64,000 bases of DNA from a virus: positions 1 through 64,000 of IMG/VR virus record IMGVR_UViG_3300047444_000783. The stretch is one strand, 5' to 3'. Position 1 is the first letter of the stretch, and every line of letters begins with the position of its first letter. Below the pieces are notes generated by a model, which was given only the letters and a program-made list of their open reading frames with translations, was not told the DNA's origin and searched no databases. Both the position numbers and the translations under genes were made by a program. Positions 15,645 through 23,768 of this stretch are shown here, one piece after another.

Positions 15645-15646
15645 AC
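14594..15646 (-). CDS. alternative-frame beta polypeptide of the C5 methyltransferase (motif IX and TRD-like repeats)
   Basis: stop-free second frame across the whole gene; WPTSGTMRNG, WATQQSRDYKSG, LWPT, LNPLFVTWLQGMPLGW. Confidence 0.75.
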   Translation of the reverse strand: MWIIPKSLSSVYSQVSPVSTLDSDLRSQTLARAFTLNTKSLPPRSWSRAWKTSSWIQRLSGQTYDLLTLDGLRVISTLSSVVSHVRTSVSRVRVPGSTAKSPDSGVKCGGSSASAGRRSCGSRTSRDSYPLDPFAILKGRAWVKAQPSLFEASASFSQIWPTSGTMRNGRAYLRPTSAPVSSENESSSWVTRLWATQQSRDYKSGEAQRTNEELYGTTGRPLTAQIREFTHTGLQDQANANGGDRSSDDGQNLPRLWPTTRVNERGNYTCDKGNPEDRRPTLDGLARAGTAKKLNPLFVTWLQGMPLGWLCLERSNSAHWEDWLSRSRRLLHSHNLQFARASVKSTRTDD

Positions 15647-15648
15647 GG

Positions 15649-16482
15649 TTAGTCTTTCAAGTCCAGGCGTTTCTGTCCGCGGCCTTCCCAGTTCTCGCCC
15701 ATCTTGCCGCGTTCGGCCTGCAGGTGGTAGCAGATGACGGTTGGGAGATGCCGGCGGTGGGACGACGGCCACTGTTCGGCAAATAAGATATCGTCGTGGG
15801 CGGCGGTCCCCAGGCTGTACGGATACCAGATCTGCTTGCTCGCGTGCCAGAGTTGAAAGAACCCGATCGGCACGTAACCGCGGAGTCCATCAACGTACCG
15901 CGCCGACGCCGGAACGTTCTTGCTCATCACCAGATAGCCAAAACCGTGCTGCGGCGAGGACATCAGGCGCCGCATGTCCTTGACCCCGACAACATCCAGG
16001 CGGTCGCAGCCATAGATCGCGTCCCGGTCCAAATGGGTATGGTTGAAGAGGATGCGCTTGAAGTTGTCGGGCAGTACGATGTCGGCATCCAGATGCAGCC
16101 GCCAGCCATGGTACTGGAAATGACCGAACCCGCTGTTGATAGCGGCTCCCTTGTTGAATTGTCGGTTGTTTTTCTTGAACAAGTCGGTCAAGACCAGGCG
16201 GGCGCCGTGCTTCTGCACGACCATCTGGGTCTTGATGTCATCGTGCGACGTAATGATGATCGCGTTGTCGACCTGCGCGTGATTGTAGGTCAGCGTGACG
16301 TCCAACATATCATCGAACCCGACGCATGTTGTCACGGTCTCGAGTCGGAGCGCGTCCTGATGGTAAAGAAGTTCCTGCGCGTCGATTTCCCGGCGGTCAG
16401 GTTTATGGCCGTTGTCTTTATGGTCTTTCGACTCATGGCAATCGTGGTTCATTCCATGTTTCCCGTAGCAATCGTCACCCAT
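15649..16482 (-). CDS. GT-A fold (GT2-like) glycosyltransferase
   Basis: FNKGAAINSG, HLDADIVLP (DxD), GFFQLW, HDD. Confidence 0.75.
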   Translation of the reverse strand: MGDDCYGKHGMNHDCHESKDHKDNGHKPDRREIDAQELLYHQDALRLETVTTCVGFDDMLDVTLTYNHAQVDNAIIITSHDDIKTQMVVQKHGARLVLTDLFKKNNRQFNKGAAINSGFGHFQYHGWRLHLDADIVLPDNFKRILFNHTHLDRDAIYGCDRLDVVGVKDMRRLMSSPQHGFGYLVMSKNVPASARYVDGLRGYVPIGFFQLWHASKQIWYPYSLGTAAHDDILFAEQWPSSHRRHLPTVICYHLQAERGKMGENWEGRGQKRLDLKD

Positions 16483-16483
16483 T

Positions 16484-16696
16484 TTAAAAACTCCAGTCTT
16501 TCTCGCTCTCGCTAAACGTATCGACCGGCTGAGTGTAACCCAACTTTTGTGCCAGTTTTATTACATGCGGAGGCTGTTCGATCGCCCACCAGCACTCCCA
16601 ATGATAGTTACCCTCGTCCGGGTGCCAGAAGATCGGCGTGCCGGCCTCGTAGGCAGATCGGCAGCCCTTACAGTAGCCACCGCGCTGTGCGATCAT
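16484..16696 (-). CDS. small zinc-binding protein
   Basis: CKGC...G..I.W...HWEC. Confidence 0.65.
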   Translation of the reverse strand: MIAQRGGYCKGCRSAYEAGTPIFWHPDEGNYHWECWWAIEQPPHVIKLAQKLGYTQPVDTFSESEKDWSF

Positions 16697-17280
16697 GCAC
16701 CTTTAACGCCGATCCATATACCCTGACGGTTTTCGGTCAGGCAGTGCGTGAACGGTGCTAGTACAGTCGTCGCCTCGGCGATCGCGCGGCGCACGCCAGG
16801 TTCCGACAGACAGTCGTGAATGATCACCGCTCCGCCAGTCCGGACGTGCGGCACGTATCGCGCGATGTCGTGCTTCGCGCCCTCGTACGAATGGTCTCCG
16901 TCGATAAACAGCAGATCGATCGGCGGCAGCAATGCCGGCGATGCCTCCGGATCGTCTGACCGCATCTTCAGCAGCGTCACACGCTCGCGCAGGCCAAGGT
17001 CAGTCAAATTCCGGTTAAAGTGGTATTCGAAGGCCGGCGCCCCACCATGGCAGGCGATAAACGGGTCAATGCAGAAGAGACGGCCGCGCTGCATTTCTTC
17101 CATCGCCCGCGTGATCCAGATGGCGGAGCCGCCGCGCCGACTGCCGATTTCGACCGCAACCTCCGGTCGGATAAGCATCGTCATCGCGTAGAGCATCAGG
17201 AAGTGCGTCTTGTCCGTATCGATGCCGTCGTCGGCGTCTTCGGTGTAGCGAAGCATTTGAAGCGGGTGCTCGTATTTCAT
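16693..17280 (-). CDS. class I SAM-dependent methyltransferase (Methyltransf_24-like)
   Basis: VEIGSRRGGS, IDLLFIDGDHSYEG..D, IHD. Confidence 0.88.
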   Translation of the reverse strand: MKYEHPLQMLRYTEDADDGIDTDKTHFLMLYAMTMLIRPEVAVEIGSRRGGSAIWITRAMEEMQRGRLFCIDPFIACHGGAPAFEYHFNRNLTDLGLRERVTLLKMRSDDPEASPALLPPIDLLFIDGDHSYEGAKHDIARYVPHVRTGGAVIIHDCLSEPGVRRAIAEATTVLAPFTHCLTENRQGIWIGVKGA

Positions 17281-17897
17281 AGAGTGGCTGCTTTCTTGGA
17301 ACGTTTCTTCTTCACCCGCGGTGCCCGCAGGTCGTTGATCATCTCAATCTGAAACTGCGGTAGCCCTTCGGCGCCGAGCGTCAGCGCCTGGCCGATCTTT
17401 GCCAGCCCGTACGCATCGCATTCATCGTTCGTCCGGAACTCGACGCCCCACCGCTTGTACGCCTGGAGGAGCATCTGGTCCTTGTCCACACCTTTACCGC
17501 CGGATCCGACGACGAACTTCTTGAGCGTCGACGGCGGGATCTCGCGTATTGGGCGTCCTGGACGCGCAAGGATGTACCGAACAATTCCACCTAACTCCAT
17601 ACACGCGCGGGCGTTTGCTGCCGATCCGTAGGAGTAGCCTTCAATGACTAGAAACTGAGCATATTCTGCCATTTGCTCAATCTGGCTGACAATCCAGGCC
17701 CACCGTAGTCCCATGTCCGGATAGTCTTTGGGATTTGTCTGGACTGATTTAGTCCACGCGCGATCCCTGCGAGTGAGTCCGACGTGGCCGATCGCGCCAG
17801 CGACGCCGCCGAGATCGTCGGTCCCAAACTCATCGCCGTAGAGGAGCGCGAGTCCAGTGCTGGTCAACGACAAGTCGATTCCCAGGATTGCCGTCAT
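17277..17897 (-). CDS. RuvC-like Holliday junction resolvase
   Basis: LGIDLSLTSTG, VIEGYSY, ELGG, PSTLKKF, DECDAYGLA. Confidence 0.88.
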   Translation of the reverse strand: MTAILGIDLSLTSTGLALLYGDEFGTDDLGGVAGAIGHVGLTRRDRAWTKSVQTNPKDYPDMGLRWAWIVSQIEQMAEYAQFLVIEGYSYGSAANARACMELGGIVRYILARPGRPIREIPPSTLKKFVVGSGGKGVDKDQMLLQAYKRWGVEFRTNDECDAYGLAKIGQALTLGAEGLPQFQIEMINDLRAPRVKKKRSKKAATL

Positions 17898-18298
17898 TAC
17901 CCCTCCAACTCTTTCAAGACATCAGCTTTGGTTTTTAAATAGCCATCACGGCATTCTTTGCAGTGACACGGCTCAGGCTGTGCTTTGAGTGCCGCTATCG
18001 CCCGAAAGAGTCGGGCTGTCAAGTCTTCAACCAAGTCGCGCAATTCGCGGTGCGCTGCCCGCAGTCGTGCGTTCTCCTCGGTCAGTACGTCTACACGCTT
18101 GCACGTTTCAAGGTGCTCTAATCGGCGCAACTCGGATTCACGACGCACGGCATCCAGTTCTGCGAGTGCAAATCGCGATTTGCATTCACTACATTCCCAC
18201 CACGCTTCAACAACATGCCCAACGCCTTCCTCGCGTGTTCGATAACCGACGCGCATGTGAGCGCAATGACCAACATTTTCAGCCGTGAGTCTGTTCAT
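17897..18298 (-). CDS. hypothetical coiled-coil/zinc-binding protein
   Basis: GGAG SD, ATG at 18298; CSEC, CHCKEC. Confidence 0.6.
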   Translation of the reverse strand: MNRLTAENVGHCAHMRVGYRTREEGVGHVVEAWWECSECKSRFALAELDAVRRESELRRLEHLETCKRVDVLTEENARLRAAHRELRDLVEDLTARLFRAIAALKAQPEPCHCKECRDGYLKTKADVLKELEG

Positions 18299-18314
18299 CC
18301 GCGATTCTCCGGAA

Positions 18315-18336
18315 AGGCGGGGGATAAACCCCGCCT
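18315..18336 (-). other. GC-rich hairpin downstream of the DsbA-like gene
   Basis: 8-bp stem AGGCGGGG/CCCCGCCT with only a short T run. Confidence 0.5.
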
Positions 18337-18341
18337 CCTGC

Positions 18342-18986
18342 TTACAGTTTGTCGATTTCTTTCTTGAACACTTCGAGCGGTTGCGCGCCATTGATAATCT
18401 TGATCAGGCGGACGTGGTTCGGAGTGTCTTCGATGCCAAGGCCGAAGGATGGAGTGCCTGCAAACCCAAGTTTCGCCGACATGCCCTTCTCCTTCGCAAC
18501 CTCTTCCTGTATCTCTGACCTAAACGTGCACCTGTTAAACAGGTCAGAATCTAAGCCAAGGCTGGAAACAAACGATGTATCCTTAGGCTGATCCGCGAAT
18601 AGTTCATCGTGCATCGGCCAATACTGATCTTGCTCGCCAGCGCATAAGGCGTAGGTTGCGAATCGATTCGCATTCGCGTGGATCGGCAGCGGATTATTCA
18701 CAAAGACGGTCTTAATCTTGCCGGTTTCCACGTATTGAGCGTCGATGAGGGGGCTGGTCGTCCGCGCGTGCTTGATACAGAATGGACATTCGAAATCGGA
18801 GAATTCGATTAGGACTTTTTTCCCCGTCCCCTTCGATGGCATTCCTGAGATATCAACGGTCGCGCCCTTTGCGTCAGTGACTGGCGCTGGTTGTTGCTGT
18901 TTGCTGCCTCCGAATTTTTCAAGAAGCATATACACATTGATACCAAGAATCGTAACCAGGAGGACCGTAGTTAGTTTGTTGCTCAT
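18342..18986 (-). CDS. membrane-anchored DsbA-family (thioredoxin-fold) disulfide oxidoreductase
   Basis: N-terminal TM; EFSDFECPFC; PLPIH; cis-Pro motif GTPSF. Confidence 0.9.
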   Translation of the reverse strand: MSNKLTTVLLVTILGINVYMLLEKFGGSKQQQPAPVTDAKGATVDISGMPSKGTGKKVLIEFSDFECPFCIKHARTTSPLIDAQYVETGKIKTVFVNNPLPIHANANRFATYALCAGEQDQYWPMHDELFADQPKDTSFVSSLGLDSDLFNRCTFRSEIQEEVAKEKGMSAKLGFAGTPSFGLGIEDTPNHVRLIKIINGAQPLEVFKKEIDKL

Positions 18987-19000
18987 TTTCCTGCTCCTTT

Positions 19001-19021
19001 AAAAGGGGGCCGAAGCCCCCT
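19001..19021 (-). terminator. cUUCGg hairpin with short U tract between the peptide gene and the DsbA-like gene
   Basis: AGGGGGC-TTCG-GCCCCCT-TTT, then AAGGAG SD. Confidence 0.6.
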
Positions 19022-19033
19022 GTGTGATTCAGG

Positions 19034-19321
19034 TTAGAAACCCTGATAGCAAGCGACTGCGAAATACTGCCAGCAATCGTACTGCGGTCCAGTCGAACAA
19101 CCAGAACTGTTCGGGCTGTAACAACAATAGGCCGCAGCAGAATCGGAGCAGCACGCCTGATAGCATGCGTCACAGTATCCACTCCCATCATCACTGCAGT
19201 ATCCGCAATAGTAGCCACAGCCCAAGATGTCCGCATGGGCTACCGGTACGTTGGCGACCAACATGGTTACAACGACGAGCGCCAAAACCAAAATCAGATT
19301 CAAACGTTTGATGTTCTTCAT
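19034..19321 (-). CDS. secreted cysteine/tyrosine-rich peptide (30-aa signal, 65-aa mature part with 12 Cys)
   Basis: signal peptide ending VAHA; mature part has 12 C and 10 Y. Confidence 0.75.
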   Translation of the reverse strand: MKNIKRLNLILVLALVVVTMLVANVPVAHADILGCGYYCGYCSDDGSGYCDACYQACCSDSAAAYCCYSPNSSGCSTGPQYDCWQYFAVACYQGF

Positions 19322-19380
19322 TCTGAAAATCCTTGATTGTGTTGTTGTTTCTGCCGTTATGGCCTTTCGTGAGTAAAATC

Positions 19381-21234
19381 TTAGATAGCCCGCACGCTCG
19401 AGACACCGTCGGCGTTTCCAACGAGCAGGACCTGGAGAGACTTCGGCATCTTCGGGCGCGTCTCCATAAATTTAGGTACGTCCATCAACGTCATAATAAT
19501 GATCGCCTGATCGAGTTTCGCCGCCCCGATCATGCCGAGCATCTGACCGCGGACTTCGGGCGTCAGGAGTTCCGTATCGTCACAGATCACGAAGTTCAGC
19601 CCGGCCGTGCGCGCGATCGCCAACTGAAATGCCAGACCGAGGCGGAAGCGTTCGGACCGCGATAGCCGGGTGATCGGCCTGTCCGTCATCTTGATTTGCC
19701 ACGGTTCGATCTGGACCTTCATTTCGAAGCCGAAGACCTTCAGATGCAGGTTGATCTCGGCCTCGAGTTTACCGATGCGCTCGTCAATCAGTTGGGCCTT
19801 CACTCCCTTCGCTCCAAAGAACTCAACCAGTTCTTCGAGCAGGCTGAGTTCGCGCTCAAGTTTCGCGCGCTGGTCGGCGACTGCCTTGACCTGTCGTTCG
19901 CGCTCCAGCCAGCCGGTAGCCGCTTCCAGTTGTGATCGGCCTCTCGTGAGTCGCTCGCGCAGTTGCGCGATCTGCTCATGCAGGTGCAGGTTGACCGCTG
20001 ACTGTCCTTCCGGCAGGTTCTTCAGTTGTTCGGAGATCGTCGTCAATTCGGCTTGGGCACGGTCATAGAGCAGAACGGCCTTCTCGTGCTCATGAATCTC
20101 GTGTTCGGCCATCCGCGTGGCCCGGTCATCGGCCTGCTGCTTGGCCAGTTTGTCGACTTCGGCAACGAAATCATGTTCATCCTTCTTGTGCTTGACCAAT
20201 TTCGTCCGTTGTTCCTCGAGGGCCTTCTGCATATCCGATTGCGGTGCCGGGCAGGCGTGATCGCCAGCCACGCAGCGCCCGTTGAATTTCTCGAGCATCA
20301 GGATATTCGCTTCCCGGATCGCGATATCCATACGGGCCGACAGTAACTTCTGGCTGACCATCGTCGATGCTTCACCGAGGTACCCCTTGGCCGCCCGTTC
20401 CGCCTCGATCTTTGAGCGCATTGCCGGAATCACAGCCGTATCCGGCTTCTGCAGATTCTGCAGTTCGGCCTGGCGAGCCAGGAGAGTCTTGCGCAGGTTC
20501 GGATTCGCCGCACCTTCCGCCCGGGCCTGCTCCGCGATCTTCTTCTGCAACTCGGTTTCCAACTGGGCCAGGAGCGCCCGTATCTTGTCGATCGGCGGGG
20601 CGACCCCTTCAGGAGGAGACGGAGGTTTGAGTTCCTTCAACTCCCGGTTGACATTCGTGCGCTGCTTGTACGCGTAGTCGTAGGAATTCGCGATCGCGTT
20701 CAGGCTGTTGATCGGTCCGCCGAGCATCGCCAGCGCCTCCGGCCGCCCGGTGAATAACTGCCGAATCTTCGCGTCCGTTACTTCCGCACCCGTCAGTCCG
20801 ATGACTAGTTCCTTCTGGGCTGTCGGGTCCATATCCAGGAAGTGCTGGACGTTCAGGGCGGCGGCAATTACCGGCTTCGTCCGGCCGAGCATATCGGCGA
20901 TCGCCTGATCCATCGCGCTGGCGTTCGCGAGCGTTCGGCCGTCGAATGTCCAGGTCTCGCCGTTCTCGGCGCGCGTGCGAATGATCTCGTGCTTGTCGGT
21001 CTTCAGTCGGACGGTCAACTGCTTGTTCGGCTGCAGGTCGTGGATGATCTCGCGGCGGTCGTCCGTTTTTTTCCGGTAGGTGCCACAGTCGCCGGTCAGC
21101 GCGTACTCGACTGCCTGAGCGATCGAACTCTTGCCGGCGTTCAGCGTTCCGACAACGAGCGTACTCGCGCCAAATTCGATCTTCGTGTGAACGTGCGATC
21201 CAAAGTTCGTCAATTCCAATTCAAGTATTTTCAT
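19381..21234 (-). CDS. SbcC/Rad50-like SMC-family ATPase
   Basis: LTNFGSH, GTLNAGKSS, coiled coil, central CVAGDHACP, LSRSE, Walker B ICDD. Confidence 0.85.
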   Translation of the reverse strand: MKILELELTNFGSHVHTKIEFGASTLVVGTLNAGKSSIAQAVEYALTGDCGTYRKKTDDRREIIHDLQPNKQLTVRLKTDKHEIIRTRAENGETWTFDGRTLANASAMDQAIADMLGRTKPVIAAALNVQHFLDMDPTAQKELVIGLTGAEVTDAKIRQLFTGRPEALAMLGGPINSLNAIANSYDYAYKQRTNVNRELKELKPPSPPEGVAPPIDKIRALLAQLETELQKKIAEQARAEGAANPNLRKTLLARQAELQNLQKPDTAVIPAMRSKIEAERAAKGYLGEASTMVSQKLLSARMDIAIREANILMLEKFNGRCVAGDHACPAPQSDMQKALEEQRTKLVKHKKDEHDFVAEVDKLAKQQADDRATRMAEHEIHEHEKAVLLYDRAQAELTTISEQLKNLPEGQSAVNLHLHEQIAQLRERLTRGRSQLEAATGWLERERQVKAVADQRAKLERELSLLEELVEFFGAKGVKAQLIDERIGKLEAEINLHLKVFGFEMKVQIEPWQIKMTDRPITRLSRSERFRLGLAFQLAIARTAGLNFVICDDTELLTPEVRGQMLGMIGAAKLDQAIIIMTLMDVPKFMETRPKMPKSLQVLLVGNADGVSSVRAI

Positions 21235-21406
21235 TTCTTCTCTTCAGTCCATTCAATCCGTTAATGAGTTCAACGATGTCAGCCCCAACGCAGAGCATGA
21301 ACGACAGGGTAGAAGCCACCGCAATTGCATCGACAGTTGTCAGGTCGTTCATTATTCCAGAATGCCGAAGGGCCGCCAGCGCGATCAGCCAGATCGCAAC
21401 TCTCAT
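21221..21406 (-). CDS. small membrane protein
   Basis: two hydrophobic stretches, ATGA-coupled. Confidence 0.55.
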   Translation of the reverse strand: MRVAIWLIALAALRHSGIMNDLTTVDAIAVASTLSFMLCVGADIVELINGLNGLKRRNENT

Positions 21407-21537
21407 TCCTCGTCCTCCTCTTCTGCCGGCGGTCCACCGAGCGCCCGGTCAATAATACAGTAGACGGCGATTGACACGACGATCGTTATAACCACGGCGG
21501 CTAAGCAGATCGGCCCAATAACATCCATCTCGTTCAT
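21403..21537 (-). CDS. single-TM protein with acidic tail (44 aa), not in the ORF track
   Basis: MNEMDVIGPICLAAVVITIVVSIAVYCIIDRALGGPPAEEEDEE; ATGA overlaps at both ends. Confidence 0.6.
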   Translation of the reverse strand: MNEMDVIGPICLAAVVITIVVSIAVYCIIDRALGGPPAEEEDEE

Positions 21538-21728
21538 TCTCCGGTTACGGTGCTGAGCGGGCGGATAACAAGCTGCTCGCGCACGGCCGCGTCCTCATAG
21601 ACTCCGCCGATTTCCAGTCGCCCGACGATCCGCCGAACACCAGAGACCACAAGATAGACGTGACCGGCAAGTCCAGAGCACGCCAGGTAGATGATAAACA
21701 CGCTTCCAACCGCTTCCATGATGTTCAT
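21534..21728 (-). CDS. small membrane protein
   Basis: AAGGAG SD; MNIMEAVGSVFIIYL... Confidence 0.55.
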   Translation of the reverse strand: MNIMEAVGSVFIIYLACSGLAGHVYLVVSGVRRIVGRLEIGGVYEDAAVREQLVIRPLSTVTGE

Positions 21729-21904
21729 AGTCCCATTCTCCTTAAGTTGTATTCGTTGACGACCTGACCGGTGCTCAGGTACCAATAGACCTTGCCCTCA
21801 CGGTCCTTGAACCGTTCGGCCTTCTCCGGCTTCATGACCGAACTGTGGTCGCGCAGCCAGCGGCAGTTCTCAAACTTGCGCCGCCTCTTACTCTTCTTCT
21901 TCAT
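21725..21904 (-). CDS. small basic protein
   Basis: MKKKSKRRRK...; AAGGGG upstream. Confidence 0.55.
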   Translation of the reverse strand: MKKKSKRRRKFENCRWLRDHSSVMKPEKAERFKDREGKVYWYLSTGQVVNEYNLRRMGL

Positions 21905-22025
21905 CGTTCCCCTTTCCAGCCGTATCACCTGCGAAAAGTCTTAGTAAAAATAGAATGAATACTGCTATGACGGCGAACAGGATAAGGTCATCCCACATCT
22001 TAAAAAGCGCTTCAGCCCAAGTCAT
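21888..22025 (-). CDS. single-TM protein with acidic tail (45 aa), not in the ORF track
   Basis: MTWAEALFKMWDDLILFAVIAVFILFLLRLFAGDTAGKGNDEEEE; TAATG overlap. Confidence 0.6.
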   Translation of the reverse strand: MTWAEALFKMWDDLILFAVIAVFILFLLRLFAGDTAGKGNDEEEE

Positions 22026-23146
22026 TAATCAATTTCCTCCTCGTCCTCGCCGAGCGGATCTCCGCTCTCGTTTGTAAACTTAAATACCGTCTTGCTCGAA
22101 TCGCTGGAAGCCGCACGCGCGTTCGCCGCGTACTCCGGGTACTGCCGGCCGATCTTACTAACCTCTTTACTGGTTACATGGAGCGCGCGTGTCGGCTTAA
22201 ACCCGTGCTCTTCGTTCAGCCGCAGGATCGTCCGCGGATCGTACTCGGTCTGAGTCTGTTTCTTAAACCCCAAGCTGATCTGGTTGCCGAGATCGATCGG
22301 CCCGTTCTCGACCGCGTACGGCCGGAGAGCCGCCTGGAGTTGACTGGCCGCGCGCTTCAGCGCGTATAGTTGGCCGCCGATCGCCCGCGCCTGGTCCGGT
22401 GATTCGATGCGCCCAAGCTGCTGCGGCGACATCCCGGCTTTGACCAGCGGGCATTCGAGACGGCAGAACGTGCAGCCGCTATTGACTTCGGCCGGCCAGT
22501 CGTTTGCGTTGGCTGCCGCGACAATCCGTCGGAGTTGTCCGTCAACCCACCGGTCCATCCGTTCGAGATCGTCACGCGTGAACACGCGCTCCCGCTCAAC
22601 GTTATAGCGAACGAATTCCAGGCGGAACGTGATCCGATCCAGGTGGGGCATGATCTTCCAGAGCAGCCACGGATAGAAGATCGATTGTGCGGTCAACGGA
22701 TTCGAGATCGCCCAGTTGGTCTTGTAGTCATGAATGACCGCCAGATTGCCAGCGATCTCCAGGCGATCGAGATCGCCCGAGAATGCGGCGTTCGCCTGAT
22801 CGCAGGGCTTTAAGTCGGCGTCCAGGCGGATCTTGTACTCGGTGCTGAATACGACGGCCGGGTCGACGGACGTGTTGCGCGACCAATCGTTAAAAATCTG
22901 AACTGCGTCATCGTTCCAATACGTTCCATCACCAGATGTGATCCGGTCCGCGTATTCCCAATCGGTTTCCTGCTTCGAGGCCACCAGATGGTCAACGTAG
23001 TACTTCGCCATCGCGTGGAAATCGGTTCCACGTGCCGCGAATTCGCTTGTCGGTTCTTTGACACCCAGTACCTGGGTTTGGTGGGCGCGGTAGAGGCATT
23101 GCGCTTGCACGATCGTGCTCTGTCGGATGACGAATGGGAGTCGCAT
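22025..23146 (-). CDS. PD-(D/E)XK (RecB/Cas4-like) exonuclease
   Basis: RGTDFH, E, GDLDRL, IHDYKT; N-terminal C plus CTFC...CP. Confidence 0.85.
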   Translation of the reverse strand: MRLPFVIRQSTIVQAQCLYRAHQTQVLGVKEPTSEFAARGTDFHAMAKYYVDHLVASKQETDWEYADRITSGDGTYWNDDAVQIFNDWSRNTSVDPAVVFSTEYKIRLDADLKPCDQANAAFSGDLDRLEIAGNLAVIHDYKTNWAISNPLTAQSIFYPWLLWKIMPHLDRITFRLEFVRYNVERERVFTRDDLERMDRWVDGQLRRIVAAANANDWPAEVNSGCTFCRLECPLVKAGMSPQQLGRIESPDQARAIGGQLYALKRAASQLQAALRPYAVENGPIDLGNQISLGFKKQTQTEYDPRTILRLNEEHGFKPTRALHVTSKEVSKIGRQYPEYAANARAASSDSSKTVFKFTNESGDPLGEDEEEID

Positions 23147-23154
23147 CGGGCGTT

Positions 23155-23198
23155 AGGTTACGCGCTCAAAATAATGAAGTCAATTTAAATAATTAAAT
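23155..23198 (-). promoter_or_regulatory. sigma70-type promoter TTGACT-N17-TAACCT with upstream 19-bp AT-rich element; probably leaderless mRNA
   Basis: -35 at 23183-23178, -10 at 23160-23155, ATG 8 nt downstream, no SD. Confidence 0.7.
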
Positions 23199-23768
23199 GA
23201 ATAATTCTGTCTCTTTATAACTGCGCCAGAGCACATCCTTAATGGCGGTGTGGGCCGCCCTGACCCATCGTGCGTCCTCGAGAGCATTGTGCTTACTATC
23301 GCCCTGCGCGAGCGTGATCTTATACATCTTGGCGATCGGCTTCAGGTCGACGCAGTACTTTGGCCACTCCTTCGGGATGTCGAGCATGCGGCCGTAAAGC
23401 TGACAGATGGCAACCCAGTCGTAGGCCGAGTACCAGCCGATGAAAGTCGGCGTGTCATCGCCGATAAACTCCTTAAGATCACCGGCGATTACGGCGGAGG
23501 ACTGGCAGAACTTGTCGTCATACCAAGTCCACGCAGGATAGTGGACCGTCTCGCCTCCACTGGCATGCAGGTGCACGCGGCGTGGTTGCCACTTCAGGTA
23601 TTTCATGGACGGGAAGACGTTATTGACGACCCATTGGTCTGCGTAATTCGGATCGGTCGAATTACATTCCCGGTAGAACTCGCGGCCGTCTTCACAGACG
23701 ACCCCGATCGACAGAAGATCAATCGTCTTCCCGTCCTCGATAAATTCCGTATCGATGAAATACTTCAT
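23193..23768 (-). CDS. DEDDh 3'-5' exonuclease (RNase AS/DUF5051-like)
   Basis: YFIDTEF, YDW, HNALEDARW. Confidence 0.88.
   Translation of the reverse strand: MKYFIDTEFIEDGKTIDLLSIGVVCEDGREFYRECNSTDPNYADQWVVNNVFPSMKYLKWQPRRVHLHASGGETVHYPAWTWYDDKFCQSSAVIAGDLKEFIGDDTPTFIGWYSAYDWVAICQLYGRMLDIPKEWPKYCVDLKPIAKMYKITLAQGDSKHNALEDARWVRAAHTAIKDVLWRSYKETELFI

Noticed and set aside
22025-23146. Cas4/CRISPR system
   Set aside because: No array or other cas genes; the context is phage recombination.
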